64,000 nt of DNA from Oopsacas minuta. Lineage: Eukaryota; Animalia; Porifera. A program made the position numbers and the translations under genes. This document shows, piece by piece, positions 1-12,500 of the stretch. The stretch spans positions 372,001-436,000 of the forward strand of contig JAKMXF010000255.1 in the NCBI GenBank assembly GCA_024704765.1, in the 5' to 3' direction. Position 1 is the stretch's first letter, and each line of letters opens with the position of its first letter. The notes under the pieces were generated by a model that was not told the DNA's origin, made no database searches, and saw only the letters and a program-made list of their open reading frames with translations.

Positions 1-165
1 TATTGTAATATAATTGTGTTTTCATAGATTATCAGTTGTTACAATGCAAATGTAGCCATTATTGGTTTGTAATCATATAATATCTTAGAATACAAATAAA
101 TATTTATTGTATTAAGCGATAAATTAGGAAAGGTGTAATATTCAGGTTGTTTCTATAATTACAAA

Positions 166-196
166 ATAATAAAATAATAATAATAATAATAATAAT
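166..196. repeat. (AAT)n microsatellite
   Basis: Run of aataat repeats visible in the sequence. Confidence 0.8.
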
Positions 197-444
197 ATAC
201 ATCAGCAACATCATTTACGTAGTATTATACTAGAAATTTGTATACCGTCTATTTGTGTAGTATTGACCTAGCTAATTTCCCGGACACAGTTAAAACAATT
301 CCACAATTTGTTGAATATGGTTCTATTAGTCTATATAATTTGTATTAGGTTCTATGGGGGTTTGTAGACAGTTTATCGAACATGTAAGATAGCTCAATAT
401 CCTAATATGACTTAGGAAGGAGATTACAGAATTTACAGTGTATG

Positions 445-804
445 CATTGGCGTAAATCCGTTCGAAAAAGTGGGAGGGGGATGATGTATTATACTATAAT
501 TATCAATAAAGGTATAAATTCAAGATTTAGTAATTGTGGTGTCAGAAGTACACAAGGCTATCTCTACAACTATAAAATGAAATTTCCATATATTTTTGTA
601 AAATGATATAAAATTATAAATATTATAGTTCCGTTACAAATACTCCAATTATAGAATTCTATTGACATAATTATGACAAAGATTTGCTTTAAAAGTACTC
701 GGAATATACTCCTTTAGAGTATCCTGACCCAAATGGGAGGGAAATCCACCACAAAAAGTAGGGAGATATATGTATGCCGCATCCCCTCGGGATTTACACC
801 CATG
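445..804. mobile_element. hAT-like MITE
   Basis: Imperfect TIRs CATTGGCGTAAATCC (445) and GGATTTACACCCATG (ends 804). A perfect 8-bp target-site duplication AGTGTATG flanks it (437-444 and 805-812), which is typical of hAT elements. Confidence 0.85.
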
Positions 805-1575
805 AGTGTATGAGTATATTCAACTCATTGAAGTTTGTACGCTTTAGCTTGGAAACATTTTTCTGAAATATCTCACACATTAAAACTTTCAATTAAATTT
901 AATCGCATTAATAATATTATAATATTCCATATGGCCTAAAATAGAAATTTAGCTATAATTAATCCTTTATTGTAGTTGTGGGATTCGCTAACAACATGAA
1001 GTGGAAAGTGAGTACATCTAAAAGTACAGATTTCAAGAATTATCAAGCTGATGAAGTATAACTTAGTTACCCTTCAGTTGTTCTATCTGAATTAATCAAA
1101 CACAGCAAGAAATTATCATTGAGAATTCTGTCTTTTAAGAACGTTCCTTTTTAATTATTTTTTCTTGTACAGATGTTATATTGTATATAGTGGAAGTTAT
1201 GCTTTGTTGTTTTAATGAAAATCTTAACTTATTATTCTCCAAAAGTCAATAACAATTATTTACATTTTTATTGCCTGTGGTCAACTTCCGTCTCTCTACG
1301 AATTAGCGCTGTCCGGTTCGTTTCCATAGAATATAAGTGGGGGAAATATATATATATATATATATATGTAACTGTTCTAAGAAATATAAGTTTTCTTTCA
1401 AACACGTCAAAATGTGGACAAAAATGATAGTGTGAATTCCATAACAAATCATATAATTTCTCAAAATTAGCAAATAATTAATTAACAAAATGGTGTATGA
1501 AAATATGAAATTTATCGTAAAATATTAAAATGATAACGTCATATCTTGTCTGACTGTCTAATTGATCTTATTGTA

Positions 1576-2718
1576 TCACTTAGAGCTAAAGCTCATACAA
1601 TTAATATTCTTATCCATGGTCCGTTTAAGAAAATGACACCTAAGACAGAGAGCATTAGAATGTGGCTCTGTAGTATCCTTGGTAAGATTGTCTAGAGTTT
1701 TGAGCCTGTACGGGTAGCAGGGAGAGGATCCGATCTTACATCTACGGCATATCTGTCCCCATCCCTCCCAGGTGTAGTTAGAGGTCCAATCACAGAGACA
1801 TTCTTTACAACGGAAATATCCTTGAAATCGTCTTGGCTGCTTCAAACGTTGAGGAAATGAAGCAAAAGACAATGTGTCTCCATTTTGATAAATAGGTACA
1901 CGGAGGGGGGTAGCCTCCTGACAGAGGGGAGTGATCGGGGTGCGATGAGGATTAGGGGGTAGAGGAGGAGTAGAGGTTATAATGAGGGGAATATGTTTAG
2001 AAAAGTGACCTGAACTGTCTCCAGGGAGAGAGTGAAATTGATTTCCACTCTGTGTAGTATCAAATACGGTAGGGAGAGACCGTGAGCTCTCCTTGGCCGG
2101 TACTTGCTCAGGACTTAGAGATCCTATTGGTGATTCAGTATCATAATCAGATATACTGGGGCTAAGTAGTACAGTAGAGCTAGGCTCTGTACTCAGTGTA
2201 GAGCTACTGGGAGTAGAACTTAATATAGAGCAGACAGCCTGAGAACGAAACCTCAGTCTCTGTCGTCTGGATTCAGAGGGGAAATGGAGAGGAGGGTGAG
2301 GTTGCATCTGAGAGGAAGATAGAGAAGATTGTTCCTTTTTATCAGATTTACTTTCGGATATTATGGGTAATTCTTTCTGGGGTTTTGGTACTGGTGAAGG
2401 AATTTTCTCATCAGCGGTAGGCTTGTCATCTTCAGATTTTACAGCTGCTAGCTGTATACCAGGTTTTGTATTAGTTATAGATATTTCCTTATCTCCAGTC
2501 ACTATTTCAATGCTAGCCTCCTGGGTGTGTTTAGGTCGTGTTATAGTATAGGTAGTAGTATCATCTGTGTTAATAGTGAGTTTTATTGTGATATGTGATG
2601 AATCTTTGAGGATTATCTCTGTAGCCTCCTTCTCAGACTCCAGAGGTTCATCTTTGGGTATTAAGGGGGTAATACTCTTCTTCTTACGATTTCTTTTACA
2701 GGATATACAACTACCCAT
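1576..2718 (-). CDS. ZAR1/RTP-type 3CxxC zinc-finger protein with a Ser/Pro-rich linker and an N-terminal lipidation motif; intronless
   Basis: The C-terminus GYFRCKEC...WTSNYTW...GQICRRC...YPYRL...PHSNALCLRC matches the zf-3CxxC pattern (three CxxC plus His). The N-terminus is MGSCISCKRNRKKK. Confidence 0.8.
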   Translation of the reverse strand: MGSCISCKRNRKKKSITPLIPKDEPLESEKEATEIILKDSSHITIKLTINTDDTTTYTITRPKHTQEASIEIVTGDKEISITNTKPGIQLAAVKSEDDKPTADEKIPSPVPKPQKELPIISESKSDKKEQSSLSSSQMQPHPPLHFPSESRRQRLRFRSQAVCSILSSTPSSSTLSTEPSSTVLLSPSISDYDTESPIGSLSPEQVPAKESSRSLPTVFDTTQSGNQFHSLPGDSSGHFSKHIPLIITSTPPLPPNPHRTPITPLCQEATPLRVPIYQNGDTLSFASFPQRLKQPRRFQGYFRCKECLCDWTSNYTWEGWGQICRRCKIGSSPCYPYRLKTLDNLTKDTTEPHSNALCLRCHFLKRTMDKNINCMSFSSK

Positions 2719-3571
2719 GATTTGATGATTTTGTGTAAATATTCTAAGCTAATGAGTAAAGGGAATTAGGAAAACATAATAGAGTAAACTCGTTATAACA
2801 AACACGGATAATAGAAATATCCGCTCATATAGAAGTTCAATTTAGGTTATAGGATGACAGAGTTGATTGTAGAGAAATCTACCGATCTATCGGGATTACT
2901 GTGTCTGGTAGCACTGGAATAAAGTCATTCATCCAATTAGTGATTATTATAGAGCTACTAAAGTTTTTGTAATTTCGGGGCTATTCTGGGGTTGTATTTA
3001 AGCGGTGTAACAGAAATTCGGTTTCTTTGATATATAAAGTATGGACCTCAACAATGACCTCATATTAGTGTTCAAATAAAAACATATACATTATCAGGAT
3101 TCTAATACTAATTTTCTAACAGGAAAATCTCGTTGTTACCTAAACTGCAAATAAATAACAAATTCAATATTAACCATATGTTTTATATTTATCTTAGACT
3201 AGAAAATGTTACTGAGGGGGCGTTCAAACGTCACGAAACGCAAAATCCTTTGAATTAAGAAACTACTCGACGCTTTTATAACACAAAAAGAATGGGGTGT
3301 CACACTTACACCATCCCTCTCTCCTTGGTAGCGTTACGTACCGGAATTACAGGGGACAATACACACTGATTAATAAAGACAAAATGCTAATATAAAAATA
3401 AAGATTTATATGAACAAGCTAAAATACAATATACACAAGTTTTCGAGATAAAAAGCCTTCTACTATGCTGACTACTCTAAAGTCTAAACACACTCTACTA
3501 GGATAAATACTAAACACAGGCAAATAACTAACTATCTACATCAGAAGAGTTAATATGCTCCTTTGATTGCT

Positions 3572-6500
3572 CTACAATCGGACTGTTGATGCAACTAGTT
3601 TCTTATGAAGACTAGTTACATTATTAGTAACACTCCCTCTGTCCAGGGCAGATAAACTTGATGAGAGTCGTTCACTTTCGAATGGGTTGGTAGAATTTGA
3701 TCGTAACTGAGTAACCTCAGAATATATATTCTCACAAACAGGGTTATGATAACTTTCGCCTTTCTCTGGAAATTCATCTAGCATCTTTTCTTTCAGATTG
3801 GGCGTAGCTCCTTCCATTGAATCTTTGATCTCATTCGTTTCATCATAAATTGGATTATTATACGCTAATACATGAGGAATATCGCCATATTCTAACAAGT
3901 GGGAAGGAGGGTCTGCATTGATAACAGCCCGATCCACCATTTCAGATATTTTCTTAGATCGAACCTTGGATCGGGAAAATTTGGATCGAATAGAATTGTT
4001 ACGGACGGCATACAGCATGAAGAACAGGAACCCTAGGACCGCAATAAATGAGGTACACACCCATCTATAGTATGGAACAGGTATGTAGATATTGACTAAG
4101 GTAACCACCCAGGGAGCTATCATAAACGGAGCAAGAAGGAAGTGACTAGAAAGGGAAAATTTAGCAACACGTACCAATTCAATGTTTCTATACACACAGC
4201 ACCTAATTAGTGATATTATAAGGACGATAAATGTGATGAAGAAGATCACCAAAATCGGTTCTATCATGGACCAAATGATGGAAATTTCTTTTGACAGCCA
4301 ACAGTGTTGGTCTTTCACTCCGAGATTGTCCGAGTCAAAGACAACACGGAATACCGTTAGAGGAATAGGGACAATCCAGCCTAGAATGAGCAATATAATG
4401 TGGATTCGTCGTTTCATCTTTGGTAGTACGAACTTGAAACAAATAGCAGCTCCGTCAGCTAGGAAACAAGTTGTGGAGGAGAGTGAGCAGAAGTATACTA
4501 CCATAGCAATGATATTGCAATGTTCCTGTATCAGTGAATAGTTCAGGATACCTATCACATGGCTAATCAGGAAGAGAAGAATGGAAACACACAAACTAAA
4601 CTGTGCGATGTAGATATCACTCTCAAGCAACTCTCTACCCAGAAACGTTAACAAAATGATCGATAAAAGCAAACACATAACCGCAATACCACTGATACCA
4701 TAGACAATATAATTTAGTATGACGTCAATAGGATTGACAGCTGTGATTGGTTCAGTGAGCACCATGAATGTGGAGAGATGAGCACTCGAACATGTAACTG
4801 AGTCATTAGTGATATCATATACATCTAATCCTATTGAACTCCATCCATACAATGCTGTATCCCAGTAAACACAGTGTGTATTGTAATAGCTAGATTGGGT
4901 GTCCAAAAGAGCAAAGTTGATGTGAATGGGGTTTCTCAATTGATTCGGTATATCAGTCGCTAGTTCTACCATTACGAGAGTGCTAGCTGGTACGAAATCA
5001 CTGTAAAACCCACTGGAGATCTGAGTCAGTATTCTACCTAAGTTATTGCTGTACATCACAGAGACGCCAAGTTTTGAGTTACTATCTAGGAGGGCATTGG
5101 TTAAAGATGATGGAAAAGACAACATGTTATCTTCTATAATGGTAGAATTGGTTTGCTCACAGTTGGATATAAGATTGAAATCACTAGAATTGAGGGTGAT
5201 ATCGATCTCCCTTACCAGTAGCAAGATATTGTCACTAGTAATGGAAATGCATGAACTGTTTGAAGTTTTTGCGTTTAAATTAGAGAATAATTCCAAAGCA
5301 TTAAACAAGTTATTCGTCATGTTCTGATACTCTTGTGTGAAGAACTCAATATTCTGAATGCTAACGAGTGTAGAAAATATGCAAAGGAATCTATCATTCA
5401 GTGAAGCGATGAGAGATCTTTTTGTAACGAAATCTAAGTTGAGAATGGAGTTGAGGGCATATGTTGTGAGGTTCAATGTGAGTTCTATTTCCTCAGGACT
5501 TAGGATACTCCTTCCACACACGATAAAGGCAGTGTTTTGTACCACTGCTGAGATGTTATTCGAATTAATCTGAGTCGAATCACCAAAAATATCGTTATAG
5601 TCATGCAAATGAGTGGATAGAATTTCAAATGGATTTCTTATACAATCGTCCAGATTGGCTTCTTCCCAGACCCCAGCTATAGAACATACACGAGATGCAT
5701 TTCCTTCCATAAATGAAGGATCAATGTATTGACATGGCATTATTGCAGTTTGGGAATATTCTGTTGCTGGCCAATTTATTCGCGAAATTTTTTCACTTTC
5801 ACACGTCAACTCACTCCTCGGATATTGACAATACCTTCCTTTATAACCATAGTAGCATGTACAGTCAAATTTACTAATTCCGTCTAGACACTCTCCTCCG
5901 TTTCCACAAATAACATCTTCGCAATCATTAATATTGTACTGACAATTCTCTCCAGCAAAACCGGTCTCACATTTGCAGTCATAATTATCTAGATTGGGTG
6001 TACAGCTCCCGTGTTGGCAAGGATTCTCTAAGCATTGATTAAAATATTCACAAACTGGGCCCAGGTATTCGTCCGTGCAAATGCATTCGTAGTCATCTAC
6101 ATGATCAATACACGCCCCTCCGTTAAGACATGGTTCTGATAAACATTCATTTATCTCGACTTCACACAACCGACCAGTATAACCTACAAAACAATTGCAT
6201 GTAAAGTTATTCAAGAGATCAACGCATTCTCCGCTTTCACAATAATTTGTCTGGCATTCATCGATTTCATTCTCACAGAGTACTCCCTCATAGCCTGCTA
6301 CGCAATCACATGAAAACTCATGTACTTCTTTCTGCTTACAAACAGCTCCATTACTACATGGTTCTTTTTGATAAAGACTGAAGTAGCCGAAACATTCGAG
6401 TCCATCTGGAGCTGTTAAGGCTTCGAGTGTTTCAGAGTATGGTCCGGGACCAGCACTTGTCATTGCTCTAACTTGGATAGTGTATCTTGTAGAAGGGGTG

Positions 6501-9500
6501 AGGTTTGTAATGTTCATTTCAGGAATCGTACTGTTGAATATTTGAATTGTTCCTTGCTCAGTGCCATTTGATATGAATGTTAGTAATGCATGATAAAGAG
6601 ATATTTCACCATTTCTATCTTCTATAGATAATTCGTTCCATTCAACATGAAACCCAGTTAGTACATTTGAAATCATGACATTATCTGGTGCAGCACTGGG
6701 ATTAGATTCTGGCATTGTTATGTTAACGTAGGATCTCGGGCCGTTCCCAATAGAAGTAGATGCGTGTATACTGAATTGGTAAGTGATACTAGGATGGAAG
6801 TTCGTCATTGTGAAGTTTGTCCACTCGCTATTAATATTGATGTTTTGTTCCTCTGTAAGAATCTCAGATGCGAAATAGGTAATAGTTTGGTGGATGATAA
6901 CTCCATTCTTGCTGTAAGAAGGAATTTGGTTCCAGGTTAATCTGACAGAAGTTGGAGATATAATATGAACTGTAAAGTTACCTGGAGCAGCATTAGGTAT
7001 ACTTTCCATGGTTCTGATGGTAACGGTTTTGGAATGCGGGCTTGCACCAATGATATTTCTTGCTAACACATAAATACTGTAATATGTGTATGGCTTAAGG
7101 GAGGGAATACTTATTTGGGTGGAATTATCAGTTGAAAACATGTCATGTGTCGCGTTTGAAGCATTAGATTGCCAGTAATACACGATATATTGAAGAATAT
7201 GTCCGTTTTGTTCAAGATACGATATGGGATTCCAGTTGACAAGAATTTTATCAGATGAGATAGAAGATACGTTTACATCTTGAGGTGGAGCAGATGGTGA
7301 TGCAGGTAGTGTTGCTAGGTTAATCGCAGTGCTGAAGGGACCAACTCCTACAATAGTAATTGCTCTTATTTGAATGACGTAATGGAATGCTTCCTCCAAT
7401 TTCTTGAGGATATAATGTGTAGAATTTGTAAAGTATATTATTTGATTCACTTGAATTTCGTAACCAGTAATTATTCCGTTTTGATTTGATTCTATGGGAG
7501 AGAACCAACTCAGTTCAATACATGTAGTGTTAACGATGGAGTGTATGTACTGAGGAGGGCTAGTAGGTCTGCTCTGAGCTGTTTCAATTGAAATTAATGT
7601 ACTCGGGCTAGAGCCAGCATTATTAATAGCAATGACACTGACTCTGTAACGCGTATATTCATTCAATTCAGTTACTAGTATCATAGTGTCAGAAGCAGCA
7701 CTAATCTTGTCGTACACTTGTAGATTAGTCAATGATTCTGTAACAGATATTTCGTATCCAGTTATGTCACCATTTCTACTCGTATCAGGTGTTAATGACC
7801 ACGTAACGACAAATGTAGTGGAAGTGATGGAATTCACTGAATCAATGGTTGGACCAACTGATGGAGCTTCTTCACTTGTAGTAAAGTTAAGTAAGGGAGT
7901 GTATGGACCAGTTCCGGGTGATGTTTCAGCTGCTATTCTTATTGAGTATTCAGTATTTGGTGATAAACCGTATACACTATAGCTAGTCAGGCCAGGTTCT
8001 ATTTTTATTATTGATTCGAATGAGGAAATTTCAAGTTCGTAATGTATCAAGACTCCATTAATAGCCACATTAGAAACAGGGGTCCAGCTGATCGAGACTG
8101 TACGTGATGTTATATTATTTAGCATTAGTAAGGTGGGTGCTGCCCCTGGGATATCCTGAAGACATCGCTCGACTATTGGACTACTGAATGGACCAACACC
8201 TGCTTCTGTTACTGCAGCAATACTAATGCTGTATTCATGATAAGGCTTTAGAGAAGTGAACATGAACACATTTATCCCTCCACTAACGTAGAATATTCTA
8301 GAATAATTAGAAGAGAGACCAGAAATGTACACTTCGTAACCTACGATAATTCCGTTTTGTCCTCTCTTAACAGGTGGCATCCAAACTACTTCAATTTCGG
8401 TGGACGAATGTGCTATCGTTGTGACACCTTGAGGAGGATCAGACGGAGCATCCTCTAAGGTTCTAATGGCAATCCAGCTGGAATATGGCCCAGGTCCAAT
8501 CGACGTGTAAGCACGAACTTGTATCATATACGTTTCATCTACATAAAGTTGATATAACGTGTATACTGTGTTGTTTGAGGAAGCAGTTCTATTAAGCATA
8601 TCTTTAAATGTTCCAACATAATGCACCTCGTAACTTGTTATTTCTCCGTTGATATCTACTGCCAGAGGAGTAACCCATGTCAACAAGATGGAAGTTATAT
8701 TGGGAGTACCTTCTAACTCCCTTGGAGAACCCGCTGGCACATCTTGATGTGTTCTCACTTCTACAACATTACTATATGGACCTACACCGAGGCTATTGAC
8801 TGCACGTACTTCTACAGAGTATAATTCATACTCTTCCAGGCCCGTAATGGTAATGATGGTCAGATTAGTTGAGTATAAATAGGAGTGATTGTCGTGATGT
8901 GTGCCATTTACACGAACTTCATATTCGAGGATTAATCCATTGGTTTCAGATTCTTCTACAGAGTTCCAGAATATTTTGAGAGCTGTATCATGTAGTGCTA
9001 TCGCGGTAACAGATCGAGGATGTCCAGATGGCGCTGATTCTAATGTCCTAATTTCAACAACTTCACAAGGACCATTCCCCAAGTTATTATAACTACATAT
9101 TGATACCGTATAAACCTCCCATTCCTGTAGCCCAGTTAACATGATCTCTGTCTCGGAAGTTGTTTCGGTTCGAATGTTAGTATCGAAATTATTACCGAAA
9201 TATTGCACTCTATACGAGATAGAATCGCTATTTAAATCTCGGTCTGGAGGTGAATACCAATGAATAACTAAGGAAGTAGACTGTACCGAAAAGAATGTGA
9301 TATTTTGAGCAGCACCAGAAGGAGGAGCAGACATGGTTTTATAGATAACCTCACCAGAATAGGGACCTGATCCAATCTTAGTCCATATCCTAGCCTTAAT
9401 TTGGTAAGCTACATTCTCTTCTAACTGTGCTAACGTCAGCTCAACAGGACTAGTCCATATAGCGTCAGGAAGAATTTCTATACTCCTTAATTGATCTAGC

Positions 9501-12500
9501 ACTTGTGCGTAATAAGCGACTTGATACTGAGTTATTATACCATTAGTATTATCAGCTGATGGTGGAGTTAGAGTGAGGTTAATGGATTTAGCACCAACAT
9601 ATGTGACTTCTATTTCTGGGGGGCTGATGGGTACTCCTTCATTAGTAGTGATATTCATTAAGTTACTGTAAGGACCCAATCCTACTGACGTGGATGCTGA
9701 TATTCTCACTTGATACTCTGTGAATTCATTCAGATTAGTTAGAGTGATTTCAGTTAATGTTTCTATCACTGTTGTGTATAACGTATCCTCAGTCATTTTA
9801 TAATCTATAGTATAACCTGTTAGTATACCATTACGATCTGGTGATGGAGGAGCAGCCCATTCTATCCTGATAGAGTTTGATGTTATATCTGTCACTCGTA
9901 TATTCTCAGGTGGGGCACTAGGATAACTTTCTAGTGTCCTTATTGTGTAGTAAATTGAATCTGCTGAATAGAGTACTCCTGATGTAGTTATGTAGAAGCT
10001 GTAATAGCGATAAGGCTTAAGATTAGAGTTAGTAATGGGATAATAACTAGAAGTAGGAGAAGTCACTTCATAATTACCATTTCCGAAGCTCACGTCAAGG
10101 GTATGCACTTGATTGGTCACGCTCACTCTAGATGTAGATGGACTGAATAATATAGAAAGGTAGAGTTTAGCATCTATAGAAGTGACATCAAAACTAGCTA
10201 TAGCAACCGTGAAAGTGATGATATCACATGAATAAGTGTTAGAAAGATAATAGTTAGTATTGCAGCCACATTCATAACTTCCTATTAAGTTAGTGCATGT
10301 TTGTTCACATACATTTGTTCCGGTACTACATTCATTAATGTCAACACACCTCTCAGGGTTCTGTAGCAGTTGATAACCTGACAGACAGTCACACTTGTAG
10401 GATCCAGGTTGGTTGACGCATGTTTTCGGTGATGGACATAAAGTTGCATCTTCAGCACATTCATCTATATCATTGCAAGTTTTCTCATCAGTATCAAGTC
10501 TATATCCAGTAATACAAGCACATGTATAACTTCCCATCGTATCAGTACATTGCTGACTACAGATTCTAGGCACTTGGCTACACTCATTAATGTCTTGACA
10601 CGATTTCTGGTCTAAACCTAGTATATAACCAGTGCTACATTGACAAGAATATGATCCAGCGCTATTTAAACAGGAGTGATCACACCCATGGGTTTGAGTA
10701 CATTCGTTAATGTCGTAACAAGAACGTTTATTCGATGACAGATAATAACCACTACGACACGAGCAAGCAAATGATCCCGCAGTGTTCGTGCAAATATGAC
10801 TACAACCTCCATTATTAGTTCCGCACTCATTGGTATCCAGACAAGATCTGCTATTTGATGATAAATAGTAACCAGTGTTACAACTGCATGTGAATGAACC
10901 GTGAGTATTGGTACAAGTGTGCGCACAACCTCCGTTACCGTTAGAACACTCGTTAACATCATTACAATATCTACCACTTGATAACGTAAAACCACTATTA
11001 CAACTACATGTATAGGATCCAGCAGTGTTCAAGCAATTTTGAGCACAATTATCAGTGTTTTCTGTACATTCATTTATTTCATCGCAGGTCTTACCACTAG
11101 AAGACAATCTATAACCGTCATAGCAATCACAGTAATATGAACCTGCTGTGTTTTGGCAATAGTGATGACAACCATCAGTGTTAACAGAGCACTCATTTGT
11201 ATCATAACAAGTTTTTCCATTGCTGCTTAGGACATATCCAGTATTACAACGGCAATAGAATGATCCTGTCGTGTCATAACAACGGTGGTCACAACCTCCA
11301 TTATCGGTACTACATTCATTTGTGTCATAACAGTACTTCCCAGATGATGATAGATAATATCCTGTTCTACAACCACAAGTAAATGAACCCTGACTATCAT
11401 AGCAATAATGTGAACAACCTCCACTAGAAGAAGAACATTCATTGATATTAACACAAGATGAACCTGATTTTTGATAACCAGTTGCACATTCACATGTATA
11501 GCCTCCTCCACTTCCAACATTTTTACAATATTCTGTCACTGAATGACAGGTGTCAAGTCCAGCAGTGCATTCGTTTACGTCTAAAGGAATTATAAAATGA
11601 ATTTGATGACTAGCTAGCGCGATTCGTTAATCATAAATGTTTGCTCTGAAGACGTCAAAATTATTCCTGACTACGGCCATGTAAAGTAATATACTTGTTT
11701 CTAATCCCCGCTAGTACAAAATTTTATCTCCCGTCAGGAAATATTATATTTATATTTACTTGTATAGTTGAAATATTCAATATATTGTTTATACCAAGAG
11801 TAATGAGATAATCGAAGGTTAAAAACAGTTAACATAGTAATTGGTCCCAGTTTCCGAGGAAATTCCGGATGATAAACAAGTAACTTACTTTACATGACAA
11901 ATTAGATAATATTTAATTTAAGATTCTTACCATATGTACAATATGTCCCTGTCCAGCCGCTTAAGCATTGTTTTGCTCCTGTACTCAAACAGGTGTAATG
12001 GCCATAATAATCGTTACGTGCTTTGCAATATGTAGTGCATAAAGATCCGTAATAATCAGTGTCGCATTGAAAACGATATTTTATTTCAAAATATCCATTT
12101 TTTCTGGACTTTCTAGAGGTGGACCAACTAGAAGAGGCGTAATTCCAGGTTATATACCACTTATATGTATGGATAAAATCATTATTACTCCAACCGCCAT
12201 CATCATCCCATTCTTCTACTTCAACTCTTATTCTTCCCTAATCAATAGACACAGGTACATTAACCTCGGATAAGATATACCCCCTCGGGAAACAAAAATT
12301 AATAAGTATTTATTATCCGAATATTCTCATATACATTTAGTGCTGTTTATGACAATTTACTTACTTCCATGCTGAGTCGGAATATTATATTGTAAACAAC
12401 ACAATATTATTAAATCTCAATTGTTGTTTGTCTGTTGATATGTAAATATACTATTGTTTTATGAATAGGCTTGCTCTAAATGGTTACACAGTACGCTGAA

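Noticed and set aside
3572-11580. aGPCR as a Flamingo/CELSR or latrophilin ortholog
   Set aside because: There are no cadherin, laminin-G, lectin or olfactomedin domains; the ectodomain is EGF/FN3-based.
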